Shown here: positions 9,404-18,183 of the stretch, piece after piece
Layout: every line of letters starts with the position of its first letter
How positions within the stretch are numbered: the stretch's first letter is position 1
From: a virus
Taxonomy: Duplodnaviria; Caudoviricetes
Virus record (IMG/VR): IMGVR_UViG_3300031994_000044
Coordinates: 1 to 64,000 of that record
Length of the DNA: 64,000 nucleotides
Strand: one strand, 5' to 3'
Program-made: the position numbers and the translations under genes
Notes under the pieces: generated by a model
What the model saw: only the letters and a program-made list of their open reading frames with translations
Told to the model about the DNA's origin: nothing
Databases searched by the model: none

Positions 9404-9469
9404 ATGATATTTATAATTTATTAATAAACAAAGTATTATTTAACAATTTTTTATTAAAAAAAGGCATAA

Positions 9470-11764
9470 TTAATCACATATTATTTGATACATATCCTTT
9501 TTTTTGAATATATTAAGTATTGAAGATGGTATTTTCTTTTTAAAAGTATCTTTGATATTATAGAGGGGGTTACCGTATCTATTATTTTCTTTTGTCTTAG
9601 TACACATTGTTAGAAGCAAATCGTTATTTTCGGCTATGTATTTAATATTATTTGCTGCATTAAAGTCAGCATTAAGACCATTTATATGGAATTCTTGTTT
9701 GGTTCTAACTTTGCGTTTGTCTATTAGTTGTAATTGTTTCTTATTATTTTTATCCATGATTTCTTTGACATAGATTTTATGTGTATTGCTATCCATTTGT
9801 GATGTAAAGGCCGCAGGGACAAAAATAACATTCATATTAGTATTATTAGACAATTGCACGAATTTGTCTTTTATGTCAGCAAAACCGATTGCCTTAATAA
9901 CCAGATTCTTAAACCGTTTTTTTTGTATTTCCTTTAAACCATAAACAGAATATGAAATGTCTTTTATGGTTTCGTTTTCATTAAAAATGAAATTATAATA
10001 TTTGGTATTAAAAACTGATTTATCAATTTCTGAATATTTTTTACCTTCAAAGCCATAATATGTCATAAGTGATTTAGCCGTTGGGAATGGTAATCTGTCT
10101 CTTTCAAAATTTGATGAATCAAGGTATTCAAGACCAATAGTATCAAAGCCATTTAGTACAATAACATCATATGCATATTTAATTATATTATCTCTACAGC
10201 CAACAATATCACATTTGACGTTTTCAAGTTTAACTATCAATCCTTTTGCAATATCTGTATTGATAAATGGGTTTTCAAATCTACGAGGGTCCATTGTTTC
10301 TTTTGAATTTGTTGATATATCAGAAAATCCCATTTTGTCATCATATTCATGATTTTTTTCATAGTATTTTTGTTTAAGGATAAAATATGATTTATATTTT
10401 GAACGAAGCATCTTGGTGTAATCAATATATGATGCAATCTTACAATTTTTATCTCTATACTTTTTGGCAAGATTATCAAGAGTTTGGCTAATCGCTATTT
10501 CTCTTTTAAGTAAGGTTTCATCTGTTATTGATACATTATTCTTTTTATCATACTGATTAGAAACACGTTCAAATAGTGATGGAATCTCTAAAAGTCCAAA
10601 AGAAACAAATTTTGCCATTTCAGTATAATAGGCAAGTTCTTCTTTGTTCAAAGTTGAAACAAAGTCTTTATTTTTTAAAAGTTCAACATAGATATTAATA
10701 TAGCCTTTCACTTTCCCGTTATCGGTAATTGAAGTTGCAAGCATTGAATGTTTTGTGTTAATATCAATACCTAATATATTTTTTATTTCTTGCTCTTTTT
10801 TTGAAAAATCTTTTTCGCTTGAGAAAGTAAAGAACAATGTTTTGCCTTTAACTTCAAAAGTTAAATCATATCCATGTTTGGAAGAAATATCTACTAAATC
10901 GACACGGTTTCCATTGTTATCAACCTTAACGGTTTGTCTATTACCCATTAAGTTTATATCATATGGCTTTTTATCTAACACAAGATGAAGAATATAAGAA
11001 GTAAGGCCATGTTTTTTTAATAGCATTTTTTGCATTTGAACAGTCATTGTTTTTCTGTTTCCGTTTCTTCTACAGCCATTGAATGATTTAAGACTTTCGA
11101 CGGCGTGTTTTTCTATTTCTTCATTAATTTCGTTTTTATGTTTAGTGTAATAATCAAATAAGAGTTCTAATCTTTTTATTTTTTCATCATTTGGCGTTTC
11201 ACGATTTTTAAAATAGGTAATTAAATTTTCAAAATCGGTTTCAGATTCAATTTTTTTATTGACAACTTCAAAAATTGTTTGTGTTTTAATTAATTGTTCG
11301 GTTACTGAATTAATGTCTATTTTTGAATATTTAACATTAGGTTTTAAAGTAACAAATTTTGTTCTATAATTACTGATTACATTTTTAACATATCCATTTC
11401 TTCTGAAATATGTATCTCCAAGTCCTAATATATTTTTTCCTTTATATCCATCAGCATTTAAAACTTTAATTGCTTCATACAATGCATTATCAGCATTCTT
11501 TTTTTGTGAAGAATTTAAATTTAATGAAAAAATTTTATATAATGGTAAATCTTTTATATCATCATTTAAGACAAATTTACAATAAACATTTTCTTTATTT
11601 TTAATATAATTTGCCAAATCTCCGATTTTCATTGATGTAAGATTATCACAAATGAAATCGCTGGTTCTATTGTAATAGTTTATGTACTCTTCAATTGCCG
11701 GTTCAAATAAAGACATAATGTCATCAATAGCCACATTCGACTTAAAAACATAAGATTTATTCAT
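9470..11764 (-). CDS. cas12: compact type V CRISPR effector, Cas-lambda-like RuvC nuclease
   Basis: 764 aa adjacent to array; RuvC-I LGIDIN, RuvC-II IGLEYL, RuvC-III NADFNAANNI; PAAFTSQMDS; ATTGTTG...ACAAC repeat resembles Cas-lambda repeats. Confidence 0.88.
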   Translation of the reverse strand: MNKSYVFKSNVAIDDIMSLFEPAIEEYINYYNRTSDFICDNLTSMKIGDLANYIKNKENVYCKFVLNDDIKDLPLYKIFSLNLNSSQKKNADNALYEAIKVLNADGYKGKNILGLGDTYFRRNGYVKNVISNYRTKFVTLKPNVKYSKIDINSVTEQLIKTQTIFEVVNKKIESETDFENLITYFKNRETPNDEKIKRLELLFDYYTKHKNEINEEIEKHAVESLKSFNGCRRNGNRKTMTVQMQKMLLKKHGLTSYILHLVLDKKPYDINLMGNRQTVKVDNNGNRVDLVDISSKHGYDLTFEVKGKTLFFTFSSEKDFSKKEQEIKNILGIDINTKHSMLATSITDNGKVKGYINIYVELLKNKDFVSTLNKEELAYYTEMAKFVSFGLLEIPSLFERVSNQYDKKNNVSITDETLLKREIAISQTLDNLAKKYRDKNCKIASYIDYTKMLRSKYKSYFILKQKYYEKNHEYDDKMGFSDISTNSKETMDPRRFENPFINTDIAKGLIVKLENVKCDIVGCRDNIIKYAYDVIVLNGFDTIGLEYLDSSNFERDRLPFPTAKSLMTYYGFEGKKYSEIDKSVFNTKYYNFIFNENETIKDISYSVYGLKEIQKKRFKNLVIKAIGFADIKDKFVQLSNNTNMNVIFVPAAFTSQMDSNTHKIYVKEIMDKNNKKQLQLIDKRKVRTKQEFHINGLNADFNAANNIKYIAENNDLLLTMCTKTKENNRYGNPLYNIKDTFKKKIPSSILNIFKKKDMYQIICD

Positions 11765-11853
11765 TTTTTTTATTTTAGTTAAATAAAACTTTCTTATTTA
11801 AAATTACAAATTAAATTTTAAAATTCAAAATGTTTTTATTTTAATTTGTACGC

Positions 11854-11869
11854 ATCAAATATTGTGCCA
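11854..11869 (-). promoter_or_regulatory. sigma54-like promoter of cas gene
   Basis: TGGCACAATATTTGAT, same class as early-gene promoters. Confidence 0.7.
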
Positions 11870-11934
11870 AACTTTTAATTAATATACAATTTATTAAGGG
11901 AACTATATACTTGATGGCACAAAAGTAAACATAA

Positions 11935-12013
11935 TTCCGTTACAGCAACAAAAAAAGAAGGGCGGCGAAAGGTTCGCTGCCCTTATGAAACACGCACTTA
12001 ATGTCGTTACATT
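11935..12013 (-). repeat. duplicated 3' element with terminator (copy 2)
   Basis: Matches 8499-8578; directly follows the ATPase stop. Confidence 0.85.
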
Positions 12014-12034
12014 TGACAATGTTAAGCGTGTTGC

Positions 12035-13597
12035 TTAATCATTAAAAAACGCAAGTCTTACTGCATTACTATAAGCCTCTTTGTAGTTTCTTATGTAATC
12101 TTGGGCATCATCATTGTTCCAATAGTCACATTTTTGCATTGCTGATGATTCGCAAGCCAGAAATGCTGCAATACTATATCTATCTTCTTCTGCAAGATTT
12201 TTAAATATCTTTTCATAGAAAGCATGGTCTTGATTGATAAGGACATAGGTTTTTCCGTTCCTTTGTTCAATATCGTACATAAATCCAAACGGACCATCAC
12301 TGATAAATTCAAATCCACCAATCCATTCACCAGTTCTTTTCTTTGTTGGATTAGGATTGTTTTGTGGTTTTGGGTTTGGATTTTTTTGTTTTGGGTTATT
12401 ACACTTTTCGTTCTTACTCTTTTGCTTCATTGTGCCAGCAAGCAAAGTGTTTTTGTTAAGTCTGTCAGCTGTTTGCTCAAGTGACTTTTTCATTTCTTCT
12501 GTCACTTTTTCTTCTTTAGTTTCTTTATGCTGTTTATTGTCTGTTTGTTTGGCCAAAGGTCTAACAATATTTGAAAGCATATCGTAAAAGCCTTGGTCCA
12601 TAGTTGATTTGTCTTTTTCTGTAACCATTTTTGCAAATGTAGTTCCAAAAAATCTGTCAGCGTTTCCATCCATAAATAATTCAAAACGGAAACCGTTTGT
12701 CCAACAACTGCTTTTATAACACATTCCTAAATCAAGACCTTTTCCAACAAGACGATTTTGCCTATAAACATAAATACCAGCCAATTCATTTGACCTACCA
12801 AAATAATCATCAAATGTCGCACTTTGTACATTTTTTGGAATGTACCATGCTTTCCATTCCATTCTGCTTCCGCCATATTCAAAAGCACCGTAGTCCATAA
12901 GTTCAACACCAAGTCCAGATTTGTTGCCAATAGTGTCAAAGAATGTGAGTTTCTTTCCGTTGACATTAAAATTGCAAGTGTTAGACTCAATGTATTTATT
13001 AAACAAAATTCTCATTTGTCTTATCAATGTACCTTCAAAGCTATGATAATCTTTACACGAAATTCTGTCAAGATTTGAAATAATAACTATTGTACCGTGA
13101 TTTGACTTTGTGTTTTCAAAAAAGAAAGAATATTCTTCAGTGTTTTCCGCATAAGACTTAATTCTAACATTAAGTTCACCTTCATCTGAAATATCATCCA
13201 AATCAAGATTTGCAACAAAAAGTTCACCTTCTTCAACTTTTGAATACACAGAAAGATGTGTACCAATTGAAATTGATGCTGTTTTAAGGCCAGCGCCATA
13301 GCATCCAAGATTATAATCCTTGCTTTTTCCTGTTTCAGAGCCAAGAGACATGGCCATCATAAGAGTTTCTTCATCCATTCCACACCCATCATCACAAATC
13401 ATAATTTTACCAACTGTTTTCTTGTCATCTGCTTTGATGAGTTTAATGTAAATGTTCTCAGATTCAACATCTGGCTCAAGAGAATTGTCAACAATGTCGG
13501 CAATTGCTGTGTAATTAGTGTAATTTAATTGTCTAAGAGCATCTTTAATAAAGTTTGCTCTAACTTTAAAAGGAAAATTTTTCTCCATGTTAATCAC
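12035..13597 (-). CDS. GHKL (HATPase_c_3 / MORC-like) ATPase
   Basis: AIADIVDNS, DDGCGM, LGCYGAGLKTAS, HGTIVIISNL motifs; GIYVYRQNRLV S5-like domain. Confidence 0.85.
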   Translation of the reverse strand: MINMEKNFPFKVRANFIKDALRQLNYTNYTAIADIVDNSLEPDVESENIYIKLIKADDKKTVGKIMICDDGCGMDEETLMMAMSLGSETGKSKDYNLGCYGAGLKTASISIGTHLSVYSKVEEGELFVANLDLDDISDEGELNVRIKSYAENTEEYSFFFENTKSNHGTIVIISNLDRISCKDYHSFEGTLIRQMRILFNKYIESNTCNFNVNGKKLTFFDTIGNKSGLGVELMDYGAFEYGGSRMEWKAWYIPKNVQSATFDDYFGRSNELAGIYVYRQNRLVGKGLDLGMCYKSSCWTNGFRFELFMDGNADRFFGTTFAKMVTEKDKSTMDQGFYDMLSNIVRPLAKQTDNKQHKETKEEKVTEEMKKSLEQTADRLNKNTLLAGTMKQKSKNEKCNNPKQKNPNPKPQNNPNPTKKRTGEWIGGFEFISDGPFGFMYDIEQRNGKTYVLINQDHAFYEKIFKNLAEEDRYSIAAFLACESSAMQKCDYWNNDDAQDYIRNYKEAYSNAVRLAFFND

Positions 13598-13736
13598 CCC
13601 TCACTACTTCTATTATTATTAACGCTCTCTAAATGGCATCGTGAAAGGATTTAATATTATTTCCATTCAAAAAGCAAAACTATTTAAATGATTTTTTCTA
13701 AATATACACATTTAATTTGAAAAAAACAAATTATTT

Positions 13737-13894
13737 GTGTCATCATGTATATAATTTCCTAATTTTTTATAAAAAATCCCTAAAGGGATTAGTTATCATT
13801 ACCTTTATAAGAAAAATATTTGTACACAACAAAAATTGTGCCAAACTTTTAATTAATATACAATTTATTAAGGGAACTATATACTTGATGGCAC
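13737..13894 (-). mobile_element. 158-bp internally deleted copy of the CRISPR cassette with a solitary degenerate repeat
   Basis: 13737-13791 resembles 8852-8906; 13792-13820 matches repeat 25/29; 13835-13894 identical to 11861-11920. Confidence 0.85.
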
Positions 13895-13900
13895 GAAATT

Positions 13901-14326
13901 TTAGTCATCAATTATATTTCTATAATTGGGAATTATAACATTTCCTTCGTCATCTTTTACAGGCGTTACTTTTTCACTTAAGTTATTAGTATTCCACGCA
14001 TAAATTGTTGCCATATAATTATTAGGAAAATATTCGTTCTCTGCTTCCATAAATGTTGCTAAACTTTTTCTTTGCGAAGAATTTAATACATCTTTATATT
14101 GGCCATGATGAAAGTATTTATTTGTCTTTAATTCAATACAGGTCTCAAATATTTTTCCCTGCGTACTACTATCTCTTAAATGAAAATGTGGGATATGACA
14201 TGGGTCATCTGTACGGACATATATTTCAAATTCATTCTTTTTACCCATATAGCCAACACGGGCCATTTCATTTAACATCTCTTTTTCTTCCAATACACGC
14301 TTAATTGTCTCGGTTACAATTTCCAT
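13901..14326 (-). CDS. hypothetical protein (HxPHFH motif, DUF4160-like)
   Basis: DDPCHIPHFHL. Confidence 0.65.
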   Translation of the reverse strand: MEIVTETIKRVLEEKEMLNEMARVGYMGKKNEFEIYVRTDDPCHIPHFHLRDSSTQGKIFETCIELKTNKYFHHGQYKDVLNSSQRKSLATFMEAENEYFPNNYMATIYAWNTNNLSEKVTPVKDDEGNVIIPNYRNIIDD

Positions 14327-14332
14327 AATTAA

Positions 14333-14614
14333 TTAAATTTTTTCATAAAAATTACACATTCCAATGCATTGATTTTTATAATTGTCAAAATCTGCAAGCA
14401 CTTTATATGTTGTATCTCCCCAACTATCGTAATCAAGGCATCGTGTATCCTTTAGCCCATTAGTATCAATATGGATATTTTTATAGCGCTCATTGGAATT
14501 GACAATACTAATTATATCGGAAAGCCCTTGTACTTCAACTCTTGTGTTCATTGAATCTGTAAATAGGCCTCTGTTAAATCTAAAGTATTTTTTATTAATG
14601 CTTTCTGTAATCAT
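14333..14614 (-). CDS. hypothetical protein
   Basis: 93 aa. Confidence 0.65.
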   Translation of the reverse strand: MITESINKKYFRFNRGLFTDSMNTRVEVQGLSDIISIVNSNERYKNIHIDTNGLKDTRCLDYDSWGDTTYKVLADFDNYKNQCIGMCNFYEKI

Positions 14615-14707
14615 AATCTAAAACATTTATTTAAAAAAATATACAAATTTAAAACAGATAAAACAACTATTTATATAATGATTATAATTTATATTTTATA
14701 AAGTAAA

Positions 14708-15853
14708 ATGGATAAGGATAAAAGTTTTGTTCCAACTGTAGAATGGATGGCCAAAAAATATGACGAAATGAACGCCGAATTATTCGAAGGAAAATTGGGT
14801 ACATGTGATTTTGATGTATTTACAATTGGTCGTGGGTCAGGCGGTAGTGTTCTTGGTTGGTTTAAAATAACAGGCAGCGGAATTAAAATAGACTTAAGAT
14901 ACAGAAAAATGTATGTTCAAAATTATTATTTAGGGAAAGAACTTGTTAATAAAGATAATTTTGTTGAAATATGCAAACCAAAAATTGAATTAAATGGTAA
15001 CTACCATGGTACTGAACATGGATTTTTATGTACTTTGGTCCACGAAATGTGCCATTATTATACTTATATGGATGGATGGGCTCCCACTCAAGCACATGGT
15101 AGAGAATTCAAGGAAATTGGTTATCTTGTTTCTTCAAGGTCTAATGGCTTATTTACAATTCAAAGGCTTGCAAGTGCTGAACAAATGTCAGAATTTGAAT
15201 TAAACGATGAAATGAAGGCTAAAAAAGAAAAAAGAATTTCAAACAAAAAATCAAAAGTAACAGCAGTAATTGTATTTAGAAATAATGGAAAAATAGAGTT
15301 AACATTAACTTCAAATGACAAATTAATTGATATAATTAAATCCCATTACGATGAAAAAGGCGAAAAAGTTGTTGTTACAAAAGATAAAAATATAATTGAT
15401 TTTTTGTTTTCTAAACATTATAATCAAGATATGAGAACATGGAAAGTATGGTATCTTGATGAAGCGCCGTGGATTGAAGAATTTAAATCTATGTTAAACT
15501 ATAATAATAAGCCGCAAAACGACATATTACCGGTAAAGGAAAAGGCCCCAAAGAAGACTTTTTGTATAAAGACAACAAACGGCACCTTTGAATGTGATGC
15601 AACTTCAGAAGAAAATTTAATAAATTCGATTAAAAAACAATTTCCGAAAATGAGTGACGAAACAATACAAAGGATAATAAACAATCCATCAAACTATAAA
15701 ATGAACGAAAGGAAAAAAAATATAAAAAGCATAATCAATGAAGTAATTGATGAATTCATTGAAAATGAGAATTTAAACAATAGAAAAGGCAGTATTGAAA
15801 TTAATCCAAATATGAATTTGGGTGTATATTCTCCTTTGGAACTTAATAATTAA
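14708..15853 (+). CDS. SprT-like zinc metalloprotease domain protein
   Basis: TLVHEMCHY...AHGREF. Confidence 0.8.
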   Translation: MDKDKSFVPTVEWMAKKYDEMNAELFEGKLGTCDFDVFTIGRGSGGSVLGWFKITGSGIKIDLRYRKMYVQNYYLGKELVNKDNFVEICKPKIELNGNYHGTEHGFLCTLVHEMCHYYTYMDGWAPTQAHGREFKEIGYLVSSRSNGLFTIQRLASAEQMSEFELNDEMKAKKEKRISNKKSKVTAVIVFRNNGKIELTLTSNDKLIDIIKSHYDEKGEKVVVTKDKNIIDFLFSKHYNQDMRTWKVWYLDEAPWIEEFKSMLNYNNKPQNDILPVKEKAPKKTFCIKTTNGTFECDATSEENLINSIKKQFPKMSDETIQRIINNPSNYKMNERKKNIKSIINEVIDEFIENENLNNRKGSIEINPNMNLGVYSPLELNN

Positions 15854-15872
15854 TAAAAAAAAAACAATATAT

Positions 15873-16682
15873 ATGTCAAGATTAGGACCAAAATTAATAA
15901 ATTTCCATAGCAGTGGCAATACAGAAGTGCCATTAGAGTTATTGGAATATGGCGAAATAGCCGTAAGACACTATTCAGCCGATACGGGTGCAGAACTAAT
16001 TATAAAAACTTCAGAAAGTACAAGTGCGATTTTTATTGAAAGCGGGAAGATTGCATCTATGATTTCCGATATAGATTGTGGGTCATGGGAAGAAGAGCCA
16101 CCAACGCCAGCCCATGAATATATCGACCTTGGGTTGCCTTCGGGTAGAAAATGGGCAACTTGCAATATAGGTGCTGAAACACCTACAGAAAAAGGTCTGT
16201 ATTTTGCATGGGGAGAGATTAGCGGTTATACCGCTTCTCAAGTTGGTAGTAAAAGAAACTTCAATCAGCAAAATTATCGTTTTTATTCCGCAAGTACAAT
16301 GACAAAATATAATGCAAGTGATGGAAAAACTGTTCTGGATGCCGAAGATGATGCTGCAACTGCAAATTGGGGCAGTGATTGGAGAATGCCAACCAGGGAA
16401 GAAATGATTGAACTTTCGGCCAATACTATCAGTAGGTTTATTACAGCAGAGCAGGTTGTTGTTTTTTCAAGTAAAACAAATGATAATGTCCTCATATTAC
16501 CTGTCGGTGGTTATGCAACAGGTAATAATATAACAGGTATAACTGAGTATGCTGATTATTGGTCAAATACTAGAAGTAGCAATGTTTCAAATGCGGCTAG
16601 ACTTTTCAGAGGCGGCTCAAGTACCAATGTTTCAGATTTAAGCCGTTGGTACGGTATGTTTATCCGTCCAGTCCTTAAATAA
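15873..16682 (+). CDS. YxDLGLPSG / C-type-lectin-fold (DUF1566-like) receptor-binding-like protein
   Basis: HEYIDLGLPSGRKWATCNIGA, WRMPT, YWS...GMFIRPV; paralog of 48966-49760; start moved to MSRLGPK. Confidence 0.75.
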   Translation: MSRLGPKLINFHSSGNTEVPLELLEYGEIAVRHYSADTGAELIIKTSESTSAIFIESGKIASMISDIDCGSWEEEPPTPAHEYIDLGLPSGRKWATCNIGAETPTEKGLYFAWGEISGYTASQVGSKRNFNQQNYRFYSASTMTKYNASDGKTVLDAEDDAATANWGSDWRMPTREEMIELSANTISRFITAEQVVVFSSKTNDNVLILPVGGYATGNNITGITEYADYWSNTRSSNVSNAARLFRGGSSTNVSDLSRWYGMFIRPVLK

Positions 16683-16702
16683 TTAATAAACTAAATTGGA
16701 AA

Positions 16703-16876
16703 ATGGCAACAGTAAAATATTCATACATAAAAACTCAATGGCACAAATTGAGCAATACAGAAAAAAATAAAGTTATGAAACAATTATCAGAAACGCTTGG
16801 CCCAAATGTTGAAAATATTGAATATATTGATGGTGCTGAAGTTGGAGATGTAGATATTGATTTGTCAAAACAGTAA
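16703..16876 (+). CDS. 57-aa protein paralogous to N-terminus of next gene (not in ORF track)
   Basis: KYSYIKTQWHKL..YIDGAEVGDVDIDLS vs KYSEIKPLWHTL..YIPGSMVDNIDIELS. Confidence 0.7.
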   Translation: MATVKYSYIKTQWHKLSNTEKNKVMKQLSETLGPNVENIEYIDGAEVGDVDIDLSKQ

Positions 16877-16896
16877 AATAAAAAACAACAATAAAT

Positions 16897-17562
16897 ATGA
16901 TTTACAAATATTCAGAAATAAAACCTTTATGGCACACTTTAACTGAAAATCAGCAAAACAATGTTATTGACCAGCTGTCAAGCAGTGGGCTTAAGGATGA
17001 AATACAACAACTTAATTACATACCAGGTTCGATGGTTGACAATATTGACATTGAATTATCGCTTTTTAAATGGGTTAAAGTAAATACAGCGCCAAGCAAT
17101 TGGTCTGGAGAATACATTCTTGTGTCATCTGATGATAGACAAATTGCAAACCAAGACCTTGCAAATCATTATATGGAATGTGGCGATATTGTTATTATTA
17201 ATGGAACAATTGAAGAAGATGCAGTTGAAGATGCTGGCGGAAAAATATTTACAATTGGAAATCAAAAATTTATACAATCGGGGACATATAGCGGTAAATG
17301 GTCGTATTCAATATCTTATATTGACGGAAATGATTCCCGCAAGTTTTTAAAATACAGTTCAAGTGGTTTAATAACAAGTGGAAGTCTTGGGTCAACAAAT
17401 GAAGGATATTGGTATATTGGGTTTTCAAGTGGTAAACTAATCATAGCAAACATATATAATACAACGACTCAATTACGTTTTTATAATGGTCATATTCAAC
17501 AAATTGCAAACCCGTCTTCGAGTTATCACAATTTGTCATTGTTCAGCCTTCAACAAGTATAA
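16897..17562 (+). CDS. hypothetical beta-rich structural/adhesin-like protein
   Basis: 221 aa, S/G/N/Y-rich. Confidence 0.7.
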   Translation: MIYKYSEIKPLWHTLTENQQNNVIDQLSSSGLKDEIQQLNYIPGSMVDNIDIELSLFKWVKVNTAPSNWSGEYILVSSDDRQIANQDLANHYMECGDIVIINGTIEEDAVEDAGGKIFTIGNQKFIQSGTYSGKWSYSISYIDGNDSRKFLKYSSSGLITSGSLGSTNEGYWYIGFSSGKLIIANIYNTTTQLRFYNGHIQQIANPSSSYHNLSLFSLQQV

Positions 17563-17591
17563 TTAGCCGTTTATGTGTTAATTGATAAAAC

Positions 17592-17620
17592 AAAGGGTGG
17601 CAAAATTGCCACCCTTTTTT
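17592..17620. terminator. bidirectional terminator
   Basis: AAAGGGTGGCAA..TTGCCACCCTTTTTT between convergent genes. Confidence 0.8.
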
Positions 17621-17623
17621 CCA

Positions 17624-17971
17624 TTAGTTGGTGAATTCATCGTAAAGAATTTTAGTTATAACATCAATGTTCATCATAATTTGTTCATGGACATCAATTT
17701 TATATTCATTTTTCTCTACTGGCCATCCGTGTATAATCATTTCATATTCGCAACGGGACCAAAAATTATACCTTGATTCGTCCTCCACAAATTTCTTGAA
17801 CTCGTCAAATGTTTTTGGAGCTTTACGGTAATAATCCCTATTCTCTTTATTAATTTCGACAAGTTCCACATATCTTCGTCTGAAATATGGAAGCACATCA
17901 TAATGTTCTATGGTATCTTGGTTAAAATCCCATGTAAGTACATAAAAAGTTTTTTTATTCATAATCACCAA
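17624..17971 (-). CDS. conserved-type phage hypothetical protein
   Basis: YNFWSRCEYEMII...KIDVHEQI. Confidence 0.75.
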   Translation of the reverse strand: MVIMNKKTFYVLTWDFNQDTIEHYDVLPYFRRRYVELVEINKENRDYYRKAPKTFDEFKKFVEDESRYNFWSRCEYEMIIHGWPVEKNEYKIDVHEQIMMNIDVITKILYDEFTN

Positions 17972-18168
17972 ATTTCATCAATTAAACAAGTAATACTATC
18001 TGATTTAAGCCCGGAAATTTTGCGTCCTTTGACCTCATATGCATGTTCCTCTTCATCCATATCGCCGAAATGCAGAAGAACTGTATCACCAATGGCAGGA
18101 ACAACTCCGTCCCAATTTACCCAACTCTTAATATAGCACCATTTGGTGTCAAGAAACTCTATACTCAT
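17965..18168 (-). CDS. hypothetical protein
   Basis: 67 aa, overlaps next start. Confidence 0.65.
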   Translation of the reverse strand: MSIEFLDTKWCYIKSWVNWDGVVPAIGDTVLLHFGDMDEEEHAYEVKGRKISGLKSDSITCLIDEIW

Positions 18169-18183
18169 TATTTATATTTTTAA

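Larger units (their letters stand above)
8852..11920 (-). mobile_element. inverted-repeat-bounded Cas-lambda/CRISPR cassette
   Basis: Left end GTGCCATCATGTATATAATTTCC vs reverse complement of right end GTGCCATCAAGTATATAGTTCCC (20/23 identical). Confidence 0.55.

Noticed and set aside
8900-9424. ORFs overlapping the CRISPR array
   Set aside because: Translations of the 66-nt repeat period, not genes
9470-11764. TnpB transposon nuclease
   Set aside because: Too long, lacks the CxxC zinc ribbon, and is adjacent to a true array
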